Below, in pieces: positions 9,377 through 18,707 of a stretch of DNA of 64,000 nt. Each line of letters begins with the position of its first letter. Within the stretch, counting starts at the first letter, position 1. Location: positions 1 to 64,000 of IMG/VR virus record IMGVR_UViG_3300034073_003542; one strand, written 5' to 3'. A model generated the notes under the pieces. The model did no database searches. It saw nothing but the letters and a program-made list of their open reading frames with translations, and was not told the DNA's origin. The position numbers and the translations under genes were made by a program.

Positions 9377-11088
9377 TGCCATTTACAACATATACTAATG
9401 AACAAATGATAGTTATAGCTTGTAATTATGCACAAGCAGTATATAAAAACACTGCATCAGAAACAAGCGATGCTGGAATTCTAGACGTATGTTATCTTTG
9501 TGCAAAAAACACTAATGATCCAGTTTATACAGACCCAATAGATGCTGAACCACTACTATCTTTACCTTCTCCAGATCCATTTACTTTAGCTCAAATTTTA
9601 AGTATCTTAGCAGATATTTTCTTTTCTTGGGATGGTTGTGAGCCACGCGCAGATATTTTGGAAGGTATTTTTCCTGGTGGTATAGGTAGACCAGCTAGTG
9701 AATTATGTCCTGTTTTCCCAGAAGCAACAGGAACAGCAGATCAAATTTCTCTTAAACAAAATATTGGATATTATCATCATTTATTATGGGCTAGAACATA
9801 TTATTTTGATTTATGTAAAATGTCCCAATTATATATTTCATATAAAAAATATTTAGATTCCGATTTAATGGATTTAACTGCATTGATTGAAGATTATGTA
9901 ATGGATGATGGAACAAATATAGTCAATGGTGTAAACCCAACTAATTTATTAAACGAATGGAAAAATACTACTGCTCCTGAAGGTAAAATAACTTTTAGCC
10001 AATGGCTTTATACTCCACAAGAAAGAGATTGTACGGCTTTAACTTTAGATGATGTTCTAATTTGTATGAAGGGCGTTGCGGATTGCAATAATTTTACAGA
10101 AGATGATTCTTGGTGGAAATTAAATGAGTATGGATCAGCAGTACCTATATCTGCTAATTTAGGAATAGACACTAATTATATAGGAATAAACGAAACTAGA
10201 CATATAACATATAATGACGCAGCTACGGCGGTATTAAGAGTGTCATGGGAAGACCTATGGACTCCATTTGCTGGTGGATCAGATTTGGTTACATTTTCTC
10301 AATATGTTAGTGGATTAACTGTACACGGCCCAACAGTTGTATCTAGTCCAGGAGGATCACAAATATGTTTGGCAGTCGGAGCTTGTTGTACAATTGATGA
10401 TTGCACGGAAAACACTCTTGCTTGTCATTGTAGTGGTGTTGCTAATAGTTGGTGGAAAGAAGCGGAGCCTTGTGGTAATTGCATAATTCCATATTCTATT
10501 AATGCAGTATCTGATATTTATTTAAGTGGAACAGATCTAGAACAAGAACGAATTAGTATAGACGTATTAGAAGAAGTTGGATCATACACAACAACACTAG
10601 CTCTATTAGCCTCATGTAGCGGGGCTGCGCCAGACTTATTGACTGACGCTTCTGGTGTAACGAACGTTAACGACAATATCGCCGCCCTGCCTTTCTTGTG
10701 TAATGACACAATATCTATTGTAACAGACGTAACTTTAGACCAAGATAATCTTAGAGTTGAAAAAACAACCGTTAAAGTATTAGCTATTAAGGCACCTATT
10801 AGTGATTCCAATATAGATTCTTTTGTTGCTTGTGCAGGAACAAACATTGCAAACAATATTACTCCAGTAGATTTAACTACTACTATTTGTGGTGGAGATG
10901 TTTATACAGATCCCAATGTTACAGACGTTGTTGTTGTTACAGACGTTTATATAGAAAGCGAAATACTAAAACAAAGAAAGGCCACTATTACAGTGTTAGC
11001 TCACAGCCCTCCACCTGTAACAAATTCAATTATTTCAACCGATGATTGTGCCAGTTCAAGCTCTTCTTCGAGTTCAAGTTCTTCATAA
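9376..11088 (+). CDS. Acidic Cys-rich putative virion (neck/fibre) protein with GACC module, three beta repeats and poly-Ser tail
   Basis: TAATG coupling. GACC...C...C module; repeats INAVSDIYL/ISIVTDVTL/VVVVTDVYI each followed by I/V-x-VL; ends in CA plus poly-Ser. Confidence 0.5.
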   Translation: MPFTTYTNEQMIVIACNYAQAVYKNTASETSDAGILDVCYLCAKNTNDPVYTDPIDAEPLLSLPSPDPFTLAQILSILADIFFSWDGCEPRADILEGIFPGGIGRPASELCPVFPEATGTADQISLKQNIGYYHHLLWARTYYFDLCKMSQLYISYKKYLDSDLMDLTALIEDYVMDDGTNIVNGVNPTNLLNEWKNTTAPEGKITFSQWLYTPQERDCTALTLDDVLICMKGVADCNNFTEDDSWWKLNEYGSAVPISANLGIDTNYIGINETRHITYNDAATAVLRVSWEDLWTPFAGGSDLVTFSQYVSGLTVHGPTVVSSPGGSQICLAVGACCTIDDCTENTLACHCSGVANSWWKEAEPCGNCIIPYSINAVSDIYLSGTDLEQERISIDVLEEVGSYTTTLALLASCSGAAPDLLTDASGVTNVNDNIAALPFLCNDTISIVTDVTLDQDNLRVEKTTVKVLAIKAPISDSNIDSFVACAGTNIANNITPVDLTTTICGGDVYTDPNVTDVVVVTDVYIESEILKQRKATITVLAHSPPPVTNSIISTDDCASSSSSSSSSSS

Positions 11089-11098
11089 GGAATAAGTT

Positions 11099-12556
11099 AT
11101 GACACAGTTTTATGTTTGCTCCATATACGATGTTTTTAATGAAGAGACTGGATATTTTACGCAACAAGCAGAGTGTAGACTTTGGGATGAAGAAATAGAC
11201 GGAATTTATGATGGACCAAAGTATGATACTTTAGAGCAATGCAAAGCTAATACAATTTGTAATCAATTAGCTGCACAAAATATCCTTCCAGTAGTTTTAA
11301 ACGAAGAAAGCAATAATTATTGCAATATCAATTTTGAATCTGTAGAGCTTTTAAGTATTGATGGATCTAGTATAGAATTAGGACTAATTTTATCAGATGA
11401 GTATTATGACACATACTTAGAATATGTATTATTAGATAGTGAAGATAATTTGTTAACACCAGAACCAATACGTATAACAGACACCCCAAATCCATTGCCA
11501 GCATTATTTAATAGAACAATACCGTTAATTGATGGAGCATGTCAAATAAAAATACGATTAGTTAAACCTTGTGATATAGGATCTGGTGAATCATCTGGTT
11601 CTGGTAGCGAAGAAACTGGGTCTGATAGTGGAGACAGTGGCAGCGGAGGAATATTATCTGAACAACTATTTGATGAATCTTCATGGGCAGGATTGGTTGG
11701 ATCAATACCAATAGAAGAATATTTGAATGAAGCCGCTGCTAGCTGGAACAGCATGGTAAGATATAGTGATGTAGTATTTAATGCCTATAAAGAAGCAAAT
11801 CCTACATGGAATGGTTTAGCTCTAACAAATTATACTGAAATTTATGATCCAGACGGATGGATTGCTGCTTGTGGTCCGTTGTTGGGGGTTAATATTATAG
11901 ATAATGATCCCAACAATATTAAACAGAATGCTACAACATTTCAACTATTTATTAATACATATTTTGATGGTCCGCCTTGGAATTTTACTGCTAGCGATTG
12001 GATAAATACTATAGCTCATGAACTTGGTCATGCTTTAGGTATAGGCATTTATTGGGATGTAAATCCAGACTACTGGCTTGATGGAACAAAGTATCAAAAT
12101 TCAAGTCTCGCTTATAATGAAATTATTGGTGATTTATCTAATACTAGAGGATTATTACCAGTTGAAGATAGCGGCGGTATTGGTACAGAGTCTGCTCACT
12201 GGGAAGATAATGGTCGATTAATAGCTTATCCAAATTCGGATGGATATAATTATCCTGGTTGTGATTTTGATATTATGGTTGGATTTTATGAAGTTGGTAA
12301 TCCATTGCCTATATCAAATTTATCTAAGCAGTTGTTAATAGATATGGGATATGAAGATGTAGGTAATAACACTTTTCCTACACCACAACTTAAAATTAAG
12401 AGTTTGACAATTTCTAGTCCTGAATCACATAATATGAATATGTATATAGATAAAAGCAAAAAATGTGGAACGGCACATCAATGTGGGTGTGATACACATC
12501 ATATTGAAGGAACTATAGATCTTAAAAATAATACATTTATCAAAAAGGAAGAATAA
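11099..12556 (+). CDS. Zinc metallopeptidase (metzincin, leishmanolysin/M8-like) with N-terminal Cys-containing domain and Ser/Gly linker
   Basis: HELGHALG at 12017, downstream PVEDSGGIGTESAHWE (third His) and DIMVG Met-turn. Confidence 0.75.
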   Translation: MTQFYVCSIYDVFNEETGYFTQQAECRLWDEEIDGIYDGPKYDTLEQCKANTICNQLAAQNILPVVLNEESNNYCNINFESVELLSIDGSSIELGLILSDEYYDTYLEYVLLDSEDNLLTPEPIRITDTPNPLPALFNRTIPLIDGACQIKIRLVKPCDIGSGESSGSGSEETGSDSGDSGSGGILSEQLFDESSWAGLVGSIPIEEYLNEAAASWNSMVRYSDVVFNAYKEANPTWNGLALTNYTEIYDPDGWIAACGPLLGVNIIDNDPNNIKQNATTFQLFINTYFDGPPWNFTASDWINTIAHELGHALGIGIYWDVNPDYWLDGTKYQNSSLAYNEIIGDLSNTRGLLPVEDSGGIGTESAHWEDNGRLIAYPNSDGYNYPGCDFDIMVGFYEVGNPLPISNLSKQLLIDMGYEDVGNNTFPTPQLKIKSLTISSPESHNMNMYIDKSKKCGTAHQCGCDTHHIEGTIDLKNNTFIKKEE

Positions 12557-13869
12557 TGTCCACAAATCAATATTTTTTAGAACTAATGAAAAAAACAAAT
12601 ATGTGGATAGATAAATTATCTTTTCCTCCGTCTAATTATCCAGATAATTGGGCTGGATTAAAAGAGGTCCAGCTAGCACATATTTATATGATGGATACTC
12701 TACTAGAAAAAGAGTTTATAGCTCCAAAGTATAAATATGAAAGAGGAATTGTTGTTGGTGCGGGAGGAGCGAAGTATTTTGGGTGTGGTTTTGCTTGTTT
12801 TTATATCTTAAGAAAACTTGGATGTACTCTTCCAATAGAATTTTGGTATTTAGATGAGTATGAAATGGACAATAAAATGAAAGAATTGTGTGATGTTTAT
12901 GGAATCAGATATATAAATGCGACAAAATATTGTGAAGAAAACAACATAAAACCCAGAATACTTAATGGATGGGAATTAAAATCTTTTTCTACTTTACACT
13001 CTAATTTTAAAGAAGCTTTATATTTAGACGCAGATAATATACCTGTAAAAGATCCTACGTATCTATTTGATGATCAAAGATACAAAGAATTAGGAGCTAT
13101 TTTTTGGCCTGATTTACCTCCACACAAAAGAAAAGAGTGGCTACCAGAAATTTGTTGGAATAATGTTGGATTAGAATATAGGGATGAAGTGGATTTTGAA
13201 ACAGGGCAATACTTGATTAATAAAGAAAAATGCTATAAAGAACTTAGTCTAACAATGTGGATGAATGAACACTCTGATTGGTTCTATAAATTTGTTTATG
13301 GAGATAAATCTACTTTTCATTTAGCATGGAGAAAATGTGGATCTGATTATTGTATTCCATCAAAACCAGCGGGATGGAAACGTCCATGTATTCTTCAATA
13401 TGATCTAGATGGTAAACTAGCTTTTCAGCACGCTTGTCAAGGTAAAGAAGTTATGTTTAGTGGAGAAGGCCCAACTAATCAATTTAATCATAGTTTGATT
13501 AAAGAGGCTTATGAAAAAAGAACAAAATATTGGTCTGGTGTAATATATTCTTGGCAAGAAATGAATGAAGAAGAACAGAAATACGCCAAACAATATATTG
13601 GAACATTCAAATATACCAGAATAGGTTTAGATAATAGAAATATAGAGCTATTAGATAATGGAGAAATCGGCGAAGGCAAAGCTAAATGTGAAAGAAGATG
13701 GAGCGTGAGAGTAATAGATGGAATTCCGACAATTATAGTTATTGGAGCCGCACATAAAGATTCAGAAATAGCCATGTTTTTTGCCAAAGATAATGGTGAC
13801 GGAAAAACATTTACTGGTCAGTGGACAGCTTTTGAAAGATGTATGGTAACACTAGAAAGACTAGGGTGA
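12556..13869 (+). CDS. Alpha-mannosyltransferase-like glycosyltransferase (Mnn2/GT71-like)
   Basis: RGIV, LRKLGCTLPIE, LYLDADN (DxD), FWPD, ETGQ and YGDKSTF motifs of the Mannosyl_trans3 family. Confidence 0.75.
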   Translation: MSTNQYFLELMKKTNMWIDKLSFPPSNYPDNWAGLKEVQLAHIYMMDTLLEKEFIAPKYKYERGIVVGAGGAKYFGCGFACFYILRKLGCTLPIEFWYLDEYEMDNKMKELCDVYGIRYINATKYCEENNIKPRILNGWELKSFSTLHSNFKEALYLDADNIPVKDPTYLFDDQRYKELGAIFWPDLPPHKRKEWLPEICWNNVGLEYRDEVDFETGQYLINKEKCYKELSLTMWMNEHSDWFYKFVYGDKSTFHLAWRKCGSDYCIPSKPAGWKRPCILQYDLDGKLAFQHACQGKEVMFSGEGPTNQFNHSLIKEAYEKRTKYWSGVIYSWQEMNEEEQKYAKQYIGTFKYTRIGLDNRNIELLDNGEIGEGKAKCERRWSVRVIDGIPTIIVIGAAHKDSEIAMFFAKDNGDGKTFTGQWTAFERCMVTLERLG

Positions 13870-13872
13870 TAT

Positions 13873-14490
13873 ATGCCACATTTTAGACCAAATACATGGG
13901 ATGAAAATATTTGGAATGATATAGTAAACAAAAATGAATACGGTGTTCATGATCAATGGCCTCACAATCTAATAGATATTGGTGGACACATAGGTTCTTT
14001 TAGTTATAAAATGTTATCAAAACATAATACAAAAAAGGTTGTTATTGTTGAACCCAATACTGAAAACTACAATCTATTAAAAATTAATCTTGCAGAATTT
14101 ATAAGAGAAAATAAAGTAATAACCCTAAATAGGGGGATCGGTCGCCCAGAAACAAAACTAGATATGAGTGATGAAACACTAGGAACTAATACTGGTGGGT
14201 GTCCTTATTTTGAGTCAAAGTCTGGCAGAATAGATTCTATCTCTCTAGACTCGATTATTGATATGATCGACGACGGAGATTCGATATTACTAAAAATAGA
14301 CTGTGAAGGATGTGAGTACGAGGCTTTGTCTTCTTGTACAAAATTATCCAAAATTAATTGTATAGTAGGAGAATTTCATGATATAGATGAAGTTAGAAAT
14401 ATTGGACTTATAAGAGATATTTTAAAAGAATACAATTTTAGTTATCACTATAAATCGCATCATTTAGGTTTGTTTGGGGCGCACAAATAA
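13873..14490 (+). CDS. FkbM-family SAM methyltransferase
   Basis: IDIGGHIG SAM motif, VEP, LKIDCEGCE, GEFH. Confidence 0.85.
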   Translation: MPHFRPNTWDENIWNDIVNKNEYGVHDQWPHNLIDIGGHIGSFSYKMLSKHNTKKVVIVEPNTENYNLLKINLAEFIRENKVITLNRGIGRPETKLDMSDETLGTNTGGCPYFESKSGRIDSISLDSIIDMIDDGDSILLKIDCEGCEYEALSSCTKLSKINCIVGEFHDIDEVRNIGLIRDILKEYNFSYHYKSHHLGLFGAHK

Positions 14491-15125
14491 TGAAACTTTC
14501 ACTCAAAATATTAGAATCTAATGCGCAAATAAATAAACTGGTACTAGAAGCACTAGTTCCAGAAATAGCTAATTATATGAGCGCAAGCATAAAAAAACTA
14601 AGAACTAATATACCAAAAATTATTTCAGAAACTATAAAAAATAGTCCAGAATATGACTCAATAATGTCAGGTCAACTAAAATATGAATTAGGTATACCAG
14701 ATCCACAGACTAAATTAGCAGGAATAATAGAAATCTGGACTAATAATATTTATACAGAATATCATAAACCAACTATTTCAGCTGGAAAAATTAAAACATC
14801 ATTTAGTATGAGTTTGATAAGATCAGATTTTGCTGACGTATTATCATCAGATTTTAGTATAGTAGTAGACGCAGCCAGAGGATATAATCTACAGTGGTTA
14901 GAATGGTTACTTCTTGACGGAAATAAAGTTATTGTTCCAAAACACGAGGTTATATTTCGCAATAGTAGATTTTCTCGTACTGGCGCAGCATTAATGAAAG
15001 AATCAACACAATCATGGAGAGTTCCATCACAATTTAGTGGAACAATCACAGATAATTGGATTACTAGAGCAATAGATTCCGCCCAAACAAAAATATCAGA
15101 CACAATAGAAAAGGCATTTAACTAA
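14490..15125 (+). CDS. Putative tail completion/neck protein
   Basis: Precedes the tail terminator and tube genes; C-terminal NWITRAI resembles HK97 gp10-like ends. Confidence 0.45.
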   Translation: MKLSLKILESNAQINKLVLEALVPEIANYMSASIKKLRTNIPKIISETIKNSPEYDSIMSGQLKYELGIPDPQTKLAGIIEIWTNNIYTEYHKPTISAGKIKTSFSMSLIRSDFADVLSSDFSIVVDAARGYNLQWLEWLLLDGNKVIVPKHEVIFRNSRFSRTGAALMKESTQSWRVPSQFSGTITDNWITRAIDSAQTKISDTIEKAFN

Positions 15126-15126
15126 A

Positions 15127-16077
15127 ATGAGTTGTCCAGTAAACAAAACATTCAAAGGCGTAACAAATATCGGCCACGATTTCCTTCTAAATATACTAGA
15201 AAGTAATTTCAAAATGTATTTAGATTGGAGTTTTTTGAGTATTGGGGCGTGGTTTGATGTTAGACTCAATAACGAAACAATTTACGGAGTTAATGTACCA
15301 AGTAAGCTTATTCCTGTATTAGATCCATCTTATGAAGAAGGACAAGTTTGGCAAAGCATTCGTAAAGATTGGGTTTGGGAAAGAAATGTAACACATGAAG
15401 ATATATCACCACTAGCAATATCTTCTGCAACAATTAATGGGGTTACTACCGCTAAAAGCGGTAATTTTTCTGTCAATTATGCTCTTGGTAGAATTATACT
15501 AAATACGTCAATAAATATAACATCAGAAGTTTTATTAGAATATAGTTATAGATTTGTTCAAGTGTACAGAAGCTGTGATGTTCCGTGGTTTAATCTTTTG
15601 CAGTATGGTTCTTTTGATACAAGCAATCCAGATATCCAAAGAAGCGAAGACGGAGACTATACTATTGGGCCACATCAAAGAATACAAATGCCCTGTATAA
15701 TAATTGATGCTGTTCCACGAGCTAGATCTTTTCCGTATGAGTTAGGTAACGATAATTTAAGAATAGAACAAGATATAGTTTTTTATGTTTTGGCGGAGAC
15801 AAAAAATGACAGAAATAAGCTATTAGATATACTTAGACTTCAACAAGACGGTTTTTTGTATCTATTTAATACAAACGAGTTAGTCCAAAACCAAGAATTT
15901 CCATTAAATTATTTGGGCGATTTAATACCATATAATTTAGAATATCCTGAAATAATAGATAATTATAAGTGGAGAAAATGTTGGATAAAAACGGCAAATC
16001 TAATAGAAATGGGTTCCGTACACCCAAATTTATACCAGGGCGCAGTTAGATTTACAACAGAAATAATTTCGCACTAA
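15127..16077 (+). CDS. Putative tail terminator protein
   Basis: Immediately upstream of the tail tube; C-half pattern QMPCIII...YELG...QDIVFYVLAE..RNKLLDIL. Confidence 0.5.
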   Translation: MSCPVNKTFKGVTNIGHDFLLNILESNFKMYLDWSFLSIGAWFDVRLNNETIYGVNVPSKLIPVLDPSYEEGQVWQSIRKDWVWERNVTHEDISPLAISSATINGVTTAKSGNFSVNYALGRIILNTSINITSEVLLEYSYRFVQVYRSCDVPWFNLLQYGSFDTSNPDIQRSEDGDYTIGPHQRIQMPCIIIDAVPRARSFPYELGNDNLRIEQDIVFYVLAETKNDRNKLLDILRLQQDGFLYLFNTNELVQNQEFPLNYLGDLIPYNLEYPEIIDNYKWRKCWIKTANLIEMGSVHPNLYQGAVRFTTEIISH

Positions 16078-16099
16078 AAAGTCGATTTTTGTAATATTG

Positions 16100-16108
16100 G
16101 GTGTATAA
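16100..16108 (+). promoter_or_regulatory. Candidate phage late promoter (GGTGTATAA)
   Basis: Intergenic, 65 nt before the tail tube ATG; identical to the motif at 2958. Confidence 0.5.
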
Positions 16109-16164
16109 GATATATGTCGTACAACTCTATAGCCAACCAAGTCTAAAACCGGAGATTAATTAAA

Positions 16165-17268
16165 ATGGCAAACAATCGTATTTACTACGCTATTCAGCAA
16201 GTAACCCTAGGAAGCCCTCGTGTTCCAGTTCACGGCCTACAAAGCGCAGGACTAACAACTAATTTCAATCTAGAACAAGTATTCGAAATTGGTCAGCTTG
16301 CTATTTACCAAAACATCGAAAATATCCCAGAAATTGAACTTTCTCTTAATAAGGTTCTTGACGGATATCCTCTTATTTATACTCTTGCTACTGAAGCTGG
16401 TACAGCGATTTCCGCAAGTTTAGTCGCTAGTGGACCAGACATTTCGGGTCGTCAAAACGCTCGTTGCGATATGGAGTTGAGCATTTATCCAGACACACAA
16501 AGCTCTGCTGCTGGTAATACTGGATTTAGCAAGGTTTCATGTCAGGGTATGTATGTAAATTCGGTTTCTTATACATTCCCAGTAGACGGATCAGCTACAG
16601 AAGATGTTACGCTTGTTGGCAACGACAAGATTTGGGGAACTACAGCATCTGGTTTCTTTAATGATAACAACGACTCTCCTGCTGCTCTTGCTGGTGTTGT
16701 TCGTCGTCAGCATTTTGATATGTCAGAATCGTTATTCCCAACCCAAATCCCTGGTATTGATAGCAATGGTTTGAATCAACCTATTGGTGAAGGTTCTGGT
16801 AACGCTGTCCACTTCCAAAACGTAACTGTTAGTTGTGATCTTGGTCGTGAAGCTCTGTTCGAGCTTGGAACAATGGTTCCTTATCATCGTTATGTTACAT
16901 TCCCAGTCGAAGTAACAAGTGAATTTGAAGTTATCGCTGTTAGTGGCGACGGAATTAATGCTACTGAAAGTGGTTACTATACTGGTGACTATACTTATGG
17001 TGGTACTGTAACGGTTGCTACTGGTACTGATCCTTGCTTACCTCGCTTTAACTTGCTTGATCAAAGAATTTATATCAAGACTTGCGAAGGAACAAAGATT
17101 CATCTTGGCGACAAGAATAAGCTAAGTTCAGTTAATTACGGTGGTGGTGATACTGGTGGTGGTAACGTAACAGTTACATACAGCTATACCAACTTCAATG
17201 ATTTTGTTGTTGCTCATAGCGGTGGAGATTTCTATGCTAACGTTGACGAAAACGGTTACACTCCTTAA
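16165..17268 (+). CDS. Major tail tube protein
   Basis: GGAGA RBS, beta-rich, own terminator, upstream of chaperones and TMP. Internal duplication: LEQVFEIGQ / REALFELGT. Confidence 0.75.
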   Translation: MANNRIYYAIQQVTLGSPRVPVHGLQSAGLTTNFNLEQVFEIGQLAIYQNIENIPEIELSLNKVLDGYPLIYTLATEAGTAISASLVASGPDISGRQNARCDMELSIYPDTQSSAAGNTGFSKVSCQGMYVNSVSYTFPVDGSATEDVTLVGNDKIWGTTASGFFNDNNDSPAALAGVVRRQHFDMSESLFPTQIPGIDSNGLNQPIGEGSGNAVHFQNVTVSCDLGREALFELGTMVPYHRYVTFPVEVTSEFEVIAVSGDGINATESGYYTGDYTYGGTVTVATGTDPCLPRFNLLDQRIYIKTCEGTKIHLGDKNKLSSVNYGGGDTGGGNVTVTYSYTNFNDFVVAHSGGDFYANVDENGYTP

Positions 17269-17300
17269 TTTTAGTTGATATAGATAATGGATTAACAACT

Positions 17301-17327
17301 TAGCTCCTTCGGGAGCTATTTTGTTTT
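17301..17327 (+). terminator. Rho-independent terminator after tail tube gene
   Basis: TAGCTCC-TTCG-GGAGCTA stem (cUUCGg loop) followed by TTTTGTTTT. Confidence 0.85.
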
Positions 17328-17345
17328 GTGGATAGTGGAAATAAT

Positions 17346-18404
17346 ATGAATGATAAAAAAGAACAATCATTATACTTGAATAGAATATTAAGTGGGCGAT
17401 TCTCGTTTATATATGGAGATAAGCAATATTGCTTGCTATATCCAGATATAGACACTAAATATCGCGCAGAACTTTATGCTCAAAATGAGTATGAAAAGAA
17501 TAAGTTTAATGAATGGATTCAGGATGAAGATATTCTTTATTGGTTAATTGATGCTGGATTATGGAATCCACATATGGATAAGCAGTTGGAAGCCCTAGAA
17601 AAACAAATAGAAAATCTAAAAATTGATCTATACAATAGTTTTTTGAATCCAGATAAACAAAAAAAGATTAGAAGAACCCTGGAAAGCATAAGAAAACAAT
17701 ATAATAAATTTTACGGAATCAGACATAGTTTTGATCACTTGACAGTTAGCGGATATTGTGACGGATTAAAAACACAAATTATTCTTATTGAAGGATTAAG
17801 GGACAGTAATAATAATAAGATTTTTAGCTTAGATGATCTTAATGATGGAAATAGTGGATTATTTTACAATTTAGCGCAATATATTAATGAACACACAATT
17901 GATATTTCTATGTTCAAAGCTTTGGCCCGTGGAGATATGTGGAGAAGTTATTGGAGCGCTAATAAAGATTATGTTTTTGATAAACCTGTTACAGAATGGA
18001 CAGATGAACAAAAAACACTTGTTGTATTAACTAAAATGTATGATAGTGCATATGAACACCCTGAATGTCCAGACGATAAAGTTATTGAAGATGATGATAT
18101 GTTTGATGGATGGATGCTTGTACAAAGAAAAGAAAATGAAGAAAACAAAAAGAAACGTCGTAGCGAAAAATTATTAGAGGGCAAAAATCTTGGTAATGCT
18201 AAAGAGGTATTTTTAGTAGCAAGTAGTAAAGAAGAAGCGGAAAATATTTATAACTTGAATGATGGTGGCTCTAGAAATACTATAAAAGAAAGACAGGCGC
18301 TAATTAATCGCGCAGGTAAGGATATTAAGGAAGCAGATTTACCAGACGTTCAAAGAGATTTGGTAATGCAACAGACTCAAATGATGAAACAAAACAAGAG
18401 ATAA
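17346..18404 (+). CDS. Hypothetical protein, probable tail assembly chaperone region
   Basis: Between tube and TMP. ATG 17346 preferred over the GTG start at 17328, which abuts the terminator U-tract. Confidence 0.45.
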   Translation: MNDKKEQSLYLNRILSGRFSFIYGDKQYCLLYPDIDTKYRAELYAQNEYEKNKFNEWIQDEDILYWLIDAGLWNPHMDKQLEALEKQIENLKIDLYNSFLNPDKQKKIRRTLESIRKQYNKFYGIRHSFDHLTVSGYCDGLKTQIILIEGLRDSNNNKIFSLDDLNDGNSGLFYNLAQYINEHTIDISMFKALARGDMWRSYWSANKDYVFDKPVTEWTDEQKTLVVLTKMYDSAYEHPECPDDKVIEDDDMFDGWMLVQRKENEENKKKRRSEKLLEGKNLGNAKEVFLVASSKEEAENIYNLNDGGSRNTIKERQALINRAGKDIKEADLPDVQRDLVMQQTQMMKQNKR

Positions 18405-18416
18405 CTAGGAAACAAT

Positions 18417-18707
18417 ATGAACCAACAAGATAAACAAATTATCAAAAAAAGAATTCAGACAACTATGATTGGCGCACTTTATGAGTTTGAGGAAAATTTT
18501 GGTTATTTATGGGGTTTAGACAAGGAAGAATCTCAATTGACAGAAAAAGAATTAAGATTTCGTGATCAATGGGAAGACGCCCGAAACAACATATTAAACA
18601 AAGGAAATAATCAGTTGCGACAATGTTTGAGTGAATTAGAAAAATCACACGGACAAGTTAGATATAATTACAGATTTAAGAAAGGAAACCAAGATAATGA
18701 AAACTAG
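18417..18707 (+). CDS. Small hypothetical protein
   Basis: AGGA RBS, tightly packed with neighbours. Confidence 0.6.
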   Translation: MNQQDKQIIKKRIQTTMIGALYEFEENFGYLWGLDKEESQLTEKELRFRDQWEDARNNILNKGNNQLRQCLSELEKSHGQVRYNYRFKKGNQDNEN

